From an uncultured virus (IMG/VR IMGVR_UViG_2199352004_000009) (Duplodnaviria > Heunggongvirae > Uroviricota > Caudoviricetes): DNA of 63,313 nt. The stretch is taken from IMG/VR virus record IMGVR_UViG_2199352004_000009, one strand, 5' to 3'. Shown piece after piece: positions 1 to 10,177 of the stretch; within the stretch, counting starts at the first letter, position 1, and each line of letters opens with the position of its first letter. Both the position numbers and the translations under genes were made by a program. The notes under the pieces were generated by a model. The model saw only the letters and a program-made list of their open reading frames with translations, did no database searches and had not been told where the DNA came from.

Positions 1-555
1 AATAACATCAGTCCATTGTTGTACCCTAACGTAATCTACAAAGTTGCAAAAGAATATAACAACGCTTATGTTTTACTAGAAACCAATATATCTGAACAAG
101 TGGCACACATCCTCTATCAAGAATTAGAGTATGAAAACATGCTGTTTGTTTCTAGAGCAGGTGGATCCCAGCATGTATCTGGTGGATTCGCTGGCTCTAC
201 TTTACAATATGGAGTTGTGACTGACAAAAAGGTTAAACGAGTTGGATGTCATAACTTTAAGTCTCTTGTAGAAGAGAATAAACTACTTATTATGGATGCT
301 GATATCATCTCTGAGATATCGACATTTATCGAGACGAAGAATAGCTACGAAGCGGATGACGGATACCACGATGACTTAGTCATGTGTTTAGTTTTATTCA
401 GCTGGTTAACTTCGAATGCGTATTTTAAAGACCTAAATAATATTAATCTAAGGCAATTAATGTACGATGAGAAAATTAAAGCTATAGAAGAACAGTTGAC
501 GCCGTTTGGATTTTATAACGACGGCAATGATACAGAAACTCTCTACAATTTTTAA
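1..555 (+). CDS. gp17: Terminase large subunit, C-terminal nuclease part (5' truncated)
   Basis: Frame open from base 1; YEADDGYHDDLVMCLVLF motif of T4-like gp17; directly precedes sheath gene. Confidence 0.93.
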   Translation, partial: NNISPLLYPNVIYKVAKEYNNAYVLLETNISEQVAHILYQELEYENMLFVSRAGGSQHVSGGFAGSTLQYGVVTDKKVKRVGCHNFKSLVEENKLLIMDADIISEISTFIETKNSYEADDGYHDDLVMCLVLFSWLTSNAYFKDLNNINLRQLMYDEKIKAIEEQLTPFGFYNDGNDTETLYNF

Positions 556-567
556 AATCTGAAAATA

Positions 568-575
568 GATAAATA
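568..575 (+). promoter_or_regulatory. T4-type late promoter (GATAAATA)
   Basis: nnTAAATA box in the intergenic gap before gp18; the same core recurs before other structural genes. Confidence 0.65.
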
Positions 576-632
576 AGTTGTAGGCTGGCGCCTAAAAGCG
601 CATAATGATAAAACAAGGCAAGGAGAAAATAC

Positions 633-3600
633 ATGGCTAATTTATTAAGTCCAGGCGTGCAAGTAATAGAGAAGGATCTAACTCAGATCGTTCCTAAAGT
701 TTCTACTTCACGTGGAGCATACTCTGGAAGATTTAACTGGGGACCAGTACTGGATCCACAGTTGGTGTCTAATGAACCTGAGTTGGTAACCGTATTCGGT
801 AAACCAAACAATGACACATACGAGTCTTTCTTTACCGCAGCAAACTTTCTGCAATACTCTAATAGTATGTACGTTAACCGTGCAGACTCTGCTAACCTAA
901 AGAATGCAGTTGCAAAACCATCATCTAGTGTTGAGAGTATCACTCTTGTAACTGCTGGTGCTGGTTATACTAGCAATCCAACAGTACAGATAAGCGCACC
1001 AGATACATTTGACGGACAACAAGCAATTGCAGTTGCAGTGCGTCAAGGTGCTGGCGTTCTGGTCGAAGCCGCTGGCGGTTCAAACTATTTACCAGTCAGC
1101 TTAATCACTGCTGCTGGTACTGGTTTCACTGTTGGTATGAAGGTTTTGTTCAGCGCACCACAGCAAACCATAGACGTTACTGATGATAACGGTGTTGTTA
1201 CACAACAAGTAATTACAGCTCTAGGTGAAGTTGCAGAACTTACCGTTGGTACTGGTATTGCAAAAATTAAAATTACCAACATTGGTGCTGGTTATACAGC
1301 TCCAGCTACTGTAATTGGTATTACCAATCCAGACGGATCTACTGTTAATATTAACACATTCACGCACGACCCAATTCCAGTTGGAACATCTGTTCTAAAA
1401 TCAATCAACGTAACTGTTGAAGGTTCTGGTTACACTAGCGTTCCAACTGTTACTATTACTGGTGGCGGTGGTTCTACGCAAGCAACAGGTACAGCTGTTA
1501 TTTTACCAGTTGGTATTAAGATTCGTAACAAGAATCACTATGAGCAAACCTATATTGACGGACAAGGTAACTTTGGTCCAGTAGCGGCAAAGTATGCAGG
1601 TTCATTGGGTAACTCATTGCTGTTTGCAATGGCAGATAGTGCCACTTATGACACTACTGTTGATGGTCGTTTCTTTGCAAGAACTCGTGTTGAGCGTTTT
1701 GAATCTAATACAGAAATCTCTAGAGTACGTAGAGTGATCACAGCGGCATTCCCTGGTTCTTCAGCAACATCTACGTTCACTGCAGCTTCTTCTACCTTTG
1801 TTGGTAAAGTTGTAAGAACTTCTGCTTCTAACACAAGAGAATCTGGTGCCGCTGGTGGTAATCAATCTTATGCTAACATTGAGTTAGGATTAGTTCGTTC
1901 AGTAGAAGCTGGTACTTTTATTAAAGTTACATTAGCTAAAGTTAATCCATACTTAAAGGGTGTTCCAAACACTCCATTCGTTACTCCTGTACTGGCAAAT
2001 GCAAACGTTGTGTTGAACCGTACTGGTTTGGCTGCAACTGTAATCGGAACCTTTGATGGTTATGCTAAAGTTTGGGACACTAGAGTTGATGATTTTGTCA
2101 TTGACACTCAAAGTTTCTATATCAAACTTAACACAGCAGGTGCTGCATTAACTCTATCTACAACTGGTACTGATGCGTTAAGTATCACACAAATTGCTAA
2201 TGGAATCGTTACTGCAAACCAGTTGGTTGCAGGTTATAGCTACACTATCAACGTTGCTGGAACTACAAACTTTACACTAGCTGGTGCTGCAAACAACAAC
2301 CCAGGAACTACATTCACTGCTACAAAAGCATTGACTGGTAGCGGTTCTGTGCGTACTGTTGCTAACGTTGGTGCTATTCGCCGTGTTGAAAAGACTGAAG
2401 TTTTAAACATGGTTGGAAACAACAAAGCAGAAGCACTTAACGCTGTTTGCGATCGTGAGTGGAGATACAGTAAAGAATTTACTCGTGCTCCAGGTACGTC
2501 TGCCTTTGCAGCTAACGTTGGTGGACAAAACGATGAAGTCCATATGCTGTTGATTGATACTAGTGGTTTAATTACTGGTGCTGCTGGTACTGTTATCCAG
2601 AAATGGGAAGGTGCTTCTAAAGCAGCAGATGCTAAGTCAAGTAATGGAACTTCTTCATACTATAAGAATCTGATCAATAATTCTGGTTGGATCTGGTGGT
2701 TAGATGCTCCAGACACTGCAGACATTCTTGGTCGTGCAAACTGGGGTTCTGTTGCTAAGAACAACAACTTTGATGCGCTGGCAAATAACCCAGACGTAAC
2801 ATTAGCTGGTGGTGATGATGGTGATGCTTTAACTGAAGCAAACATCATGGACGCATACGAAATGTTTAGCGATGCATCTGCATTCGACATCTCATTGATG
2901 CCTACAGGTAATGTTTCTGCTAATACTGCAGCATGGATCATCGAGAACGTAGCTGCTCTTCGTAAGGACGTAGTTGCATTCGTTTCTGCTCCTCTGCTAA
3001 TCGGAACTGCTTCTGATATTGCTACTGAGATGGTTCAATACCGTGACTCTATTGACGTTGGTGATGCACTTGCTTCTTACGGTGTAATGGATTCTGGTTG
3101 GAAATATCAGTACGATCGTTACAACGATGTGTTCCGTTGGATCCCATTGAACGGTGACGTTGCTGGTCTATGTGCTTATACAGATAATGTATCTGATGCA
3201 TGGTTCTCTCCAGGCGGTTTCAATCGTGGTCAAATCAAGAATGTAACTAAGTTGGCATTTAACCCTACACAAGCACAACGTGACTTGCTGTACGTTGGTG
3301 GTATCAACCCAGTCGTTACATTCCCAGGTGAAGGAACTATCCTTTACGGTGACAAGACAATGCAGAAGAAATCCTCTGCGTTCGATCGTATCAACGTTCG
3401 TCGCTTGTTTATCGTTCTTGAGAAAGCTGTTGCCAACGCTGCTAAGTATCAGTTGTTTGAATTCAACGATGACTTTACTCGTGCACAATTCAAGAACCTA
3501 GTTGAGCCATTCCTGCGTGATGTTCAAGGTCGTCGTGGTATTGTGGACTTCCGTGTTAAGTGTGACACTACAAACAACACACCTGCAGTAATTGATGCAA

Positions 3601-3710
3601 ACGAGTTTATCGCTGATATCTATATCAAGCCAAACCGTTCTATCAATTACATCACTTTGAACTTTATTGCTACTAAGACTGGCGTAAGTTTTGAGACTGT
3701 TGGGCTATAA
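633..3710 (+). CDS. gp18: Tail sheath protein with large internal insertion
   Basis: N-term LSPGVQVIEKD...FNWGP; C-term WFSPGGFNRG, FDRINVRRLF, FIADIYIKPNRSINYITLNF; AAGGAG RBS. Confidence 0.96.
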   Translation: MANLLSPGVQVIEKDLTQIVPKVSTSRGAYSGRFNWGPVLDPQLVSNEPELVTVFGKPNNDTYESFFTAANFLQYSNSMYVNRADSANLKNAVAKPSSSVESITLVTAGAGYTSNPTVQISAPDTFDGQQAIAVAVRQGAGVLVEAAGGSNYLPVSLITAAGTGFTVGMKVLFSAPQQTIDVTDDNGVVTQQVITALGEVAELTVGTGIAKIKITNIGAGYTAPATVIGITNPDGSTVNINTFTHDPIPVGTSVLKSINVTVEGSGYTSVPTVTITGGGGSTQATGTAVILPVGIKIRNKNHYEQTYIDGQGNFGPVAAKYAGSLGNSLLFAMADSATYDTTVDGRFFARTRVERFESNTEISRVRRVITAAFPGSSATSTFTAASSTFVGKVVRTSASNTRESGAAGGNQSYANIELGLVRSVEAGTFIKVTLAKVNPYLKGVPNTPFVTPVLANANVVLNRTGLAATVIGTFDGYAKVWDTRVDDFVIDTQSFYIKLNTAGAALTLSTTGTDALSITQIANGIVTANQLVAGYSYTINVAGTTNFTLAGAANNNPGTTFTATKALTGSGSVRTVANVGAIRRVEKTEVLNMVGNNKAEALNAVCDREWRYSKEFTRAPGTSAFAANVGGQNDEVHMLLIDTSGLITGAAGTVIQKWEGASKAADAKSSNGTSSYYKNLINNSGWIWWLDAPDTADILGRANWGSVAKNNNFDALANNPDVTLAGGDDGDALTEANIMDAYEMFSDASAFDISLMPTGNVSANTAAWIIENVAALRKDVVAFVSAPLLIGTASDIATEMVQYRDSIDVGDALASYGVMDSGWKYQYDRYNDVFRWIPLNGDVAGLCAYTDNVSDAWFSPGGFNRGQIKNVTKLAFNPTQAQRDLLYVGGINPVVTFPGEGTILYGDKTMQKKSSAFDRINVRRLFIVLEKAVANAAKYQLFEFNDDFTRAQFKNLVEPFLRDVQGRRGIVDFRVKCDTTNNTPAVIDANEFIADIYIKPNRSINYITLNFIATKTGVSFETVGL

Positions 3711-3714
3711 AACA

Positions 3715-3740
3715 GGAGGGGGTTAATTCCCCCTCTTTTA
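3715..3740 (+). terminator. Rho-independent terminator
   Basis: GAGGGGG-ttaatt-CCCCCTC stem followed by TTTT after the gp18 stop. Confidence 0.7.
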
Positions 3741-3745
3741 ATAGC

Positions 3746-3753
3746 AATAAATA
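3746..3753 (+). promoter_or_regulatory. T4-type late promoter (AATAAATA)
   Basis: Between the terminator and the AAGGAG RBS of gp19. Confidence 0.65.
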
Positions 3754-3773
3754 TACTCAAGGAGATAAATTAA

Positions 3774-4361
3774 ATGGCAAACATTTCTGAATTCAAATCA
3801 ATGATGATTGGTGGTGGTGCTCGCGCCAACCAATTCAGAGTTGAACTAGGGTTCCCAGCATTCGTTAATACTGGTGCTATCGTTGGAACAAAGGCTATGT
3901 TTTTATGTAAGGCTGCTCAATTGCCAGCTGCAACTATTGAAAACATCGCTGTACAATATCGTGGTCGTCCAGTAAATTTTGCTGGTGAGCGTACATTCGC
4001 TCCATGGACAATTACTGTTTATAACGACACTGATTTTGCAATCCGCAATGCTATGGAAACATGGTCTAACGGTATCCAAAACGTCAGCGGTACAAACGGT
4101 ATTGTTAACCCTAACGACTATCAAGCACAAATGAACGTACACCAGTTGGATCGTTCTGGCGCTGTTATCAAGTCTTATAGCTTTATCGATGCATATCCAA
4201 CAGAAGTTGGTACTATCGAACTTGACTATGAGAATGGTAATGCGATTGAAACATTCACTGTTACATTCACATACAACTACTGGGTCACTTCTGCTGCTAG
4301 TGCCTCTAACCAAGTTGGTATTAACATTGGAACTCCAATCGGTAATATTCCAATTCTTTAA
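3774..4361 (+). CDS. gp19: Tail tube protein
   Basis: GGARANQF, AGERTFAPWTITVYND, IETFTVTFTY motifs; follows gp18. Confidence 0.95.
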   Translation: MANISEFKSMMIGGGARANQFRVELGFPAFVNTGAIVGTKAMFLCKAAQLPAATIENIAVQYRGRPVNFAGERTFAPWTITVYNDTDFAIRNAMETWSNGIQNVSGTNGIVNPNDYQAQMNVHQLDRSGAVIKSYSFIDAYPTEVGTIELDYENGNAIETFTVTFTYNYWVTSAASASNQVGINIGTPIGNIPIL

Positions 4362-4377
4362 TAATTGAAGGTTTATA

Positions 4378-5937
4378 ATGCAAATTTTTGGATTTGAGAT
4401 CCAGCGTAAAAAGAAGAACGACTCAGAGATAGGTAATGTAGTAACACCTACCTCTGATGACGGCACGGCTATCTTCACGAGTTCATCATCATCCTATTAT
4501 GGGATGGTGATGGATATCGAAGGTATCATTAAGAACGAAAACGATCTTATTCGCAGATATCGTGAAGTAGCACAATACGCTGATTGTGACGCAGCAATTG
4601 AAGACATCGTCAATGAGTCAATAACATCTGACGATGATCAACCTATACAAATTAACCTTGACGATCTTAAAGTATCAGATCCTATCAAGAAAAAAATTCG
4701 TGATGAATTCCAGACCATTATGCGTCTACTTAAGTTTGAAGAAAAAGGTCATGAGATCTTTAGATCATGGTACATTGACGGTAGATTATATTATAACATT
4801 TTGTTAGATACAAACAATGTCAAGTCTGGCATCCAAGAACTTCGTTTCATTGATCCACGTAAAATCCGCAAGATTAAAACGATCAAGAAAGAACGAACTC
4901 AAGCTGGTGTTGATGTAATTAAAGACATTGAAGAATATTATATCTACAATGATAAAGGTATTACAGAACAAACAGCACAGGGTGTTAAGTTGTCCATTGA
5001 TTCTGTAATCTATTGCCCATCGGGATTGATGGATGCAAACACTGGCATGATGATGAGTCATCTGCACAAAGCAATTAAGCCAGTTAACCAATTAAAGATG
5101 ATCGAAGATGCAGTTGTTATCTATCGTATCTCTCGCGCACCAGAGCGCAGAATTTTCTACATTGACGTAGGTAACTTACCAAAGCTCAAAGCTGAGCAAT
5201 ACGTTAATGACATTATGAATAAGTTTCGTAACAAGATCGTTTATGACGCAACTACTGGCGAAACCAGAGATGATCGTAAACACTTGTCCATGATGGAAGA
5301 CTTTTGGATGCCTCGCCGTGAAGGTGGTAAAGGTACTGAGATTACTACCTTACCAGGTGGTCAGAATCTTGGTGAGATCCAAGACATTCAATACTTCCAA
5401 CAAAAACTATATCAAGCATTGAACGTTCCTATTGGACGTTTACAACAGACTAGTGGTTTTAACTTAGGTCGTTCTACTGAGATTACTCGTGAAGAACTTA
5501 AGTTCAATAAGTTTGTTACACGTGTTCGTAAGAAATTTGCAAACCTATTCACTGACGCAATGCGTGTTCAGTTAGTTGCTAAAGGTATTGTACGTCCAGA
5601 AGAATGGGATGAAATGCGTCAATATGTACGCTATGACTTCCAGAAGGACAACTACTTTAGCGAATTGAAAGATAACGAAATTCTTTTACAGCGTATTCAG
5701 ATGCTGCAACAGATGGATCCTTACATTGGTAAGTACTACTCTCAAGCGTGGATCACTAAAAATGTTCTGCGTATTCCTGAAGAACAGCAGGAAGAAATTG
5801 ATAAAGAAATCCAAGCAGAAAAGCCTATGCAAATAGACTACTCTGATCACATGGGAACTATGGACGGAACTAGACAAGCTGCTATGCAGGATCAACTTCC
5901 AGAGCCACAACAAGATAATACAGGAGCTAAACAATGA
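4378..5937 (+). CDS. gp20: Portal vertex protein
   Basis: YRISRAPERRIFYIDVGNLPK and MEDFWMPRREGGKGTEITTLPGGQNLG signatures. Confidence 0.97.
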   Translation: MQIFGFEIQRKKKNDSEIGNVVTPTSDDGTAIFTSSSSSYYGMVMDIEGIIKNENDLIRRYREVAQYADCDAAIEDIVNESITSDDDQPIQINLDDLKVSDPIKKKIRDEFQTIMRLLKFEEKGHEIFRSWYIDGRLYYNILLDTNNVKSGIQELRFIDPRKIRKIKTIKKERTQAGVDVIKDIEEYYIYNDKGITEQTAQGVKLSIDSVIYCPSGLMDANTGMMMSHLHKAIKPVNQLKMIEDAVVIYRISRAPERRIFYIDVGNLPKLKAEQYVNDIMNKFRNKIVYDATTGETRDDRKHLSMMEDFWMPRREGGKGTEITTLPGGQNLGEIQDIQYFQQKLYQALNVPIGRLQQTSGFNLGRSTEITREELKFNKFVTRVRKKFANLFTDAMRVQLVAKGIVRPEEWDEMRQYVRYDFQKDNYFSELKDNEILLQRIQMLQQMDPYIGKYYSQAWITKNVLRIPEEQQEEIDKEIQAEKPMQIDYSDHMGTMDGTRQAAMQDQLPEPQQDNTGAKQ

Positions 5938-6110
5938 GTGTACAAGATTTAATCGTAGCTATCGCAAAGGGTGATGCTATGGAAACTGAAGCAGCATTTA
6001 ATGCTGCAATGGGTGATAAAATTTATGCACGCCTTGCAGACAAGCGCATCGAGGTAGCATCAACTATGTTTAGCCCGCAAGATACACCAGAAGATACTTC
6101 TGACGAGTAA
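5934..6110 (+). CDS. Small prohead core protein (gp67-like), 58 aa, not in ORF track
   Basis: ATGA overlap with portal stop, AGGAG RBS; MSVQDLIVAIAKGDAMETEAAFNAAMGDKIYARLADKRIEVASTMF...; gp67 position. Confidence 0.7.
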   Translation: MSVQDLIVAIAKGDAMETEAAFNAAMGDKIYARLADKRIEVASTMFSPQDTPEDTSDE

Positions 6111-6655
6111 TGCAATACAATCAGTTTATTAAGAGTATCACTAGACCTAATGTCGCTGAGACGATTAGGTCTTATGGTAACACACTTGAAAAATTAGAAG
6201 ATGGTACTGTAGCTATCAATTCTCTTAAAACTGAGTTCAAGAATTTAGAAGAAGCAAGAAAATATATAAAATCTAAAATTACATCAGAAAATATAGCACA
6301 AGAAGTAACAGACGAAATATACGAATCCTTATCAGAAAATAAGATAGCAGAAATAATAAAAGAATACTACGATATCAAAGTTACTGACACATTAATTGAA
6401 TCATACATTGAACTTGCTTCTTCTAACCTATTCAACGTAGACCCAGTTGTCTATGAGATACGTAAACTTAACAAAGTAGATACTATCATTGAGAACAAAA
6501 TACATTATAAATTAAGCGACAACTCTGTAGTTGCTATAAATGAAGCTACGCAAATAAGACTAAATAACTTGTTGTCTAATCAAAAAGAAATAGTAGAATA
6601 CATGAGAGAATCAAAAGAGAATTTTCTGCATGTTCTTGAACAGCTAGAGGAATAA
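6110..6655 (+). CDS. Hypothetical head-associated protein
   Basis: TAATG coupling; lies between portal and protease. Confidence 0.65.
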   Translation: MQYNQFIKSITRPNVAETIRSYGNTLEKLEDGTVAINSLKTEFKNLEEARKYIKSKITSENIAQEVTDEIYESLSENKIAEIIKEYYDIKVTDTLIESYIELASSNLFNVDPVVYEIRKLNKVDTIIENKIHYKLSDNSVVAINEATQIRLNNLLSNQKEIVEYMRESKENFLHVLEQLEE

Positions 6656-6656
6656 A

Positions 6657-7088
6657 ATGGCACTAACGAAAACAATTATAAGAATGACAGAAACTGAAAC
6701 TGTAGTAAAAGTTTCTGGTGCTGCTGGCACAAGCACTATTGATCTGCAGACTGACTTGCTAGATACAAACCAAGCACTTGATGGCGCAACTCAAACTGTT
6801 ACTATTACTGCAGTTCGTTGGGGTGGCGAGTTAACAAACGTTCTAGCTATCGACAGAAATGCTGTTAGAATTTTAACCCTACCGACAGATGCATCTGATA
6901 CTATGTTGTTTGACGGACAAGAAATGCCTCCAGAAAATGTCAACGCTACTCATGATATTGTTGTAACTCAAACAGGCAGCGGTAACGTAGAAATGTATTT
7001 AAAGTTACGCAAGGTTTCTGGTTACGCACCTAAGGTTGAGACTGCACAATTTGGATCTAAAGATAACGAATCTGTAGTAGGAAGCTAA
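6657..7088 (+). CDS. Hypothetical virion structural protein
   Basis: GAGG RBS, Thr/Val-rich beta-type sequence, inside head operon. Confidence 0.65.
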   Translation: MALTKTIIRMTETETVVKVSGAAGTSTIDLQTDLLDTNQALDGATQTVTITAVRWGGELTNVLAIDRNAVRILTLPTDASDTMLFDGQEMPPENVNATHDIVVTQTGSGNVEMYLKLRKVSGYAPKVETAQFGSKDNESVVGS

Positions 7089-7089
7089 A

Positions 7090-7743
7090 ATGAAACTAAT
7101 CAAAGAAGTAACAGAGTCAGTCAGCTTTGTCGTTGAATCAAAAGACGGCAAAAAGAAAGACTATTACATTGAAGGAATCTTTCTTCAATCCGATATAAAG
7201 AACCGTAATGGACGCATGTACCCAGAGTCTGTTATGGATAACGAAGTTACTCGCTATATCAAAGAGTCTGTTAAATTAAACAGAGCATATGGCGAACTAG
7301 GACACCCAGATAGTCCATCTATTAATTTAGATAGAGTATCCCACATGATTGTTGACCTACGTAAAGAAGGCACCAATTATGTTGGCAAAGCAAAAATCAT
7401 GGAAACACCTATGGGTAATATCGCAAGAGGGCTTCTTGATGGAGGAGCTAATCTCGGCGTTTCAAGCAGAGCCTTGGGCTCTCTGAAGTTAAACAGAGAA
7501 GGTGTTCAAATTGTTCAAGACGATTTCATGCTGTCAACCGCAGCAGATATCGTTGCTGACCCATCTGCTCCTGATGCTTTCGTAAGAGGCATTATGGAAA
7601 GTTGCGAGTGGGCATTTGTTGATGGAAAGTACGTGCAAAGAGATATAGAAGAACAACAACGTGAAATTCGTAGAACTTCTTCTAAAAATTTACAGGAAGC
7701 AAAGTTACGTGCTTTCCAGAATTTCCTGAGTAAAATCAGATAA
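7090..7743 (+). CDS. gp21: Prohead core protease
   Basis: NRNGRMYP, GELGHP, GVSSRALGSL, DIVADPSAPDAFV. Confidence 0.96.
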   Translation: MKLIKEVTESVSFVVESKDGKKKDYYIEGIFLQSDIKNRNGRMYPESVMDNEVTRYIKESVKLNRAYGELGHPDSPSINLDRVSHMIVDLRKEGTNYVGKAKIMETPMGNIARGLLDGGANLGVSSRALGSLKLNREGVQIVQDDFMLSTAADIVADPSAPDAFVRGIMESCEWAFVDGKYVQRDIEEQQREIRRTSSKNLQEAKLRAFQNFLSKIR

Positions 7744-7753
7744 ATAATAAATA
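7739..7753 (+). promoter_or_regulatory. Tandem late promoter boxes (GATAAATA/AATAAATA)
   Basis: Two overlapping TAAATA cores upstream of the gp22 RBS. Confidence 0.6.
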
Positions 7754-7786
7754 ATACAGAACTAATCCAGTTAAGGAGATACAACG

Positions 7787-8770
7787 ATGTCAATCGAACA
7801 AAAAATCGCTGAACTTCTAGCAGAATCTAGAAAAGCAAAATTAGCTGAACAAGCTAACGCTGATGATCTAGTTGCTGAAGAAGTACTTGAAGAAGACGAG
7901 ATAGAAGAAGAAGCTGTAAAGCCAGCACCTGAAACTCCAAACCCAGATAATGCACGTAACAACGTGGATAATGAAAAGGAAGCAGAGGGTGGAACTTCAA
8001 AGAAGCCAAACAAAGTTACTGCTAATGCATCTGCTCCAGAAGCAGCTGGCAGAATGAAAGAAGATATTGATGCACTTATGAATGGTGAAGAGCAATTGTC
8101 TGAAGAATTCAGAACAAAAGCTGCTACCATTTTTGAAGCTGCTGTAATGAGCCGTGTCAACTCTGAAGTTGCACGCTTAGAAGAAGAATTCGAAGCCAAG
8201 CTAGAAGAAGCTGCGGCGCAGAATATTGAGGGTCTAGTTGAACAAGTTGATGGATATCTCAACTACGTAGTTGAGCAGTGGATGGAACAGAATGAGATCG
8301 CCCTTGAACGTGGTATGAAGTCTGATATTCTAGAAAGTTTTGTTTCTGGTATGAAGAGTTTATTTGAAGAACACTACATTGAAGTTCCTGAAGAGAAGTT
8401 CGATGTTCTTGGTTCTTTAGAAGAGCAAGTTGAAACTTTGGAAACAAAGTTGAATGAACAAGTCGCATCCAATATTGAATTGGCTAAGACTGTTTCTATT
8501 ATGAAGCGTCAACAAATCATTGCTACTATTAGCGAAGGTTTGACTGATACTGAAGTAGAAAAGTTCACTGGACTTGTTGAAGAACTATCATACGAAGACG
8601 AATCTACTTTCGAAAATAAAGTTCAGACAATTCGTGAAAACTACTTCACAACCAAGGTAAATGCAGATGTTAAATCTGTTGTAACAGATAGCCCAGTAGA
8701 AATGCTAAGCGAAGACAAAGTTGTTGACGCTAAGATGAATGCTTATCTGAACATGCTCAACCGTAAATAA
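7787..8770 (+). CDS. gp22: Prohead core scaffold protein
   Basis: Acidic coiled coil; LSEEFRTKAATIFEAAV, YLNYVVEQWM; between gp21 and gp23. Confidence 0.93.
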   Translation: MSIEQKIAELLAESRKAKLAEQANADDLVAEEVLEEDEIEEEAVKPAPETPNPDNARNNVDNEKEAEGGTSKKPNKVTANASAPEAAGRMKEDIDALMNGEEQLSEEFRTKAATIFEAAVMSRVNSEVARLEEEFEAKLEEAAAQNIEGLVEQVDGYLNYVVEQWMEQNEIALERGMKSDILESFVSGMKSLFEEHYIEVPEEKFDVLGSLEEQVETLETKLNEQVASNIELAKTVSIMKRQQIIATISEGLTDTEVEKFTGLVEELSYEDESTFENKVQTIRENYFTTKVNADVKSVVTDSPVEMLSEDKVVDAKMNAYLNMLNRK

Positions 8771-8783
8771 AAAGGAAAATAAA

Positions 8784-10094
8784 ATGACTAATCGTCAAGA
8801 TCTATTAAAGAAATGGGCTCCGATTCTGGAGCACGAAAGTAGCACTCCTATCAAGGATCACTACCGTAAAGAAGTAACTGCGATTCTTTTGGAAAACCAA
8901 GAACGCGAAATGAGCAAGCAAGCTCAGGCATTGTTTGAAGCTGCTCCTACCAACTTCGGTGGTACTGGTGTTGCTCTAGGTGGTGCAGGTTCTAATGCTC
9001 AAATGGCTGGCTATGACCCAGTTCTGATCAGCTTAGTACGTCGCTCTATGCCACAACTTATCGCTTATGACATCGCTGGCGTTCAGCCAATGACCCAGCC
9101 TACTGGCTTGATCTTCGCGATGAAGAGCCGTTACACCAACCAAAATGGTACTGAAGCGTTGTTCAACGAAGCAGATACTGATTTCTCTGGTGCTGCATCT
9201 CCTGCTCACGCTGGTTCTAACCCAGTTGATGGCACGTTCACTACTGGTAATGGTCTGACTACTGCTGCTGCAGAACGTCTAGGTCAAGGCGGTTCTGGTG
9301 ACGGTGCTTTCGGTCAAATGGCTTTCTCTATCGAAAAGACTTCTGTAACTGCAAAGACTCGTGCTTTGAAGGCAGAATACTCTGTTGAATTGGCTCAAGA
9401 TCTGCGCTCTGTGCATGGTCTAGACGCTGAAGGCGAACTGTCTAACATTCTGTCTACAGAAATTTTGGCAGAAATTAACCGTGAAGTTGTTCGTACTGTA
9501 TACGCTACTGCTAAGGCAGGTGCTGTTGTTGGTACTGCTACTGCTGGTACTTTCGACTTGGACGTTGATGCTAACGGTCGTTGGTCTGTTGAAAAGTTCA
9601 AAGGCTTGATGTTCCAAATCGAACGTGAAGCCAATGCTATTGGTCAGCAAACACGTCGTGGTCGTGGTAACTTCATCATCACTTCAGCTGACGTTGCGTC
9701 TGCTCTAGCGATGGCTGGTGTTCTTGACTACACTCCTGCTTTGGCTGGCAATAACGGTTTGAACGTAGATGACACTTCTACTACTTTCGCTGGTATTCTA
9801 AACGGCAAGTACAAAGTTTATGTTGATCCATACACTGCAAACGTGTCTGCATCTCAGTACTTTGTTTGCGGATACAAAGGCACTTCTGCTTTTGACGCTG
9901 GCTTGTTCTACTGCCCATACGTTCCATTGCAACTAGTTCGTGCTGTTGACCCAGAGTCTTTCCAGCCTAAGATTGGTTTCAAGACTCGTTACGGCATGGT
10001 TGCTAACCCATTCGTTTCATTGGATGGTTCTGGTGGCTTGACTGCTAACGAAAACTACTACTACCGTAGAGTTAAGGTTACTAACTTGATGTAA
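8784..10094 (+). CDS. gp23: Major capsid protein
   Basis: KWAPILE, GVQPMTQPTGLIFAM, RALKAEYSVELAQDL, FQPKIGFKTRYG. Confidence 0.98.
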   Translation: MTNRQDLLKKWAPILEHESSTPIKDHYRKEVTAILLENQEREMSKQAQALFEAAPTNFGGTGVALGGAGSNAQMAGYDPVLISLVRRSMPQLIAYDIAGVQPMTQPTGLIFAMKSRYTNQNGTEALFNEADTDFSGAASPAHAGSNPVDGTFTTGNGLTTAAAERLGQGGSGDGAFGQMAFSIEKTSVTAKTRALKAEYSVELAQDLRSVHGLDAEGELSNILSTEILAEINREVVRTVYATAKAGAVVGTATAGTFDLDVDANGRWSVEKFKGLMFQIEREANAIGQQTRRGRGNFIITSADVASALAMAGVLDYTPALAGNNGLNVDDTSTTFAGILNGKYKVYVDPYTANVSASQYFVCGYKGTSAFDAGLFYCPYVPLQLVRAVDPESFQPKIGFKTRYGMVANPFVSLDGSGGLTANENYYYRRVKVTNLM

Positions 10095-10133
10095 TAGTCA
10101 AGGTAAGTAAACCGACGCAAGAAGCGGTACTTC

Positions 10134-10159
10134 AAAGGGATCTTCGGATCCCTTTTTTT
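10134..10159 (+). terminator. Rho-independent terminator with cUUCGg loop
   Basis: AAAGGGATC-TTCG-GATCCCTTTTTTT. Confidence 0.9.
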
Positions 10160-10164
10160 ATTTT

Positions 10165-10172
10165 ACTAAATA
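10165..10172 (+). promoter_or_regulatory. Late promoter (ACTAAATA)
   Basis: Immediately after the terminator, 5 nt before the gp3 ATG. Confidence 0.65.
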
Positions 10173-10177
10173 ATAGT

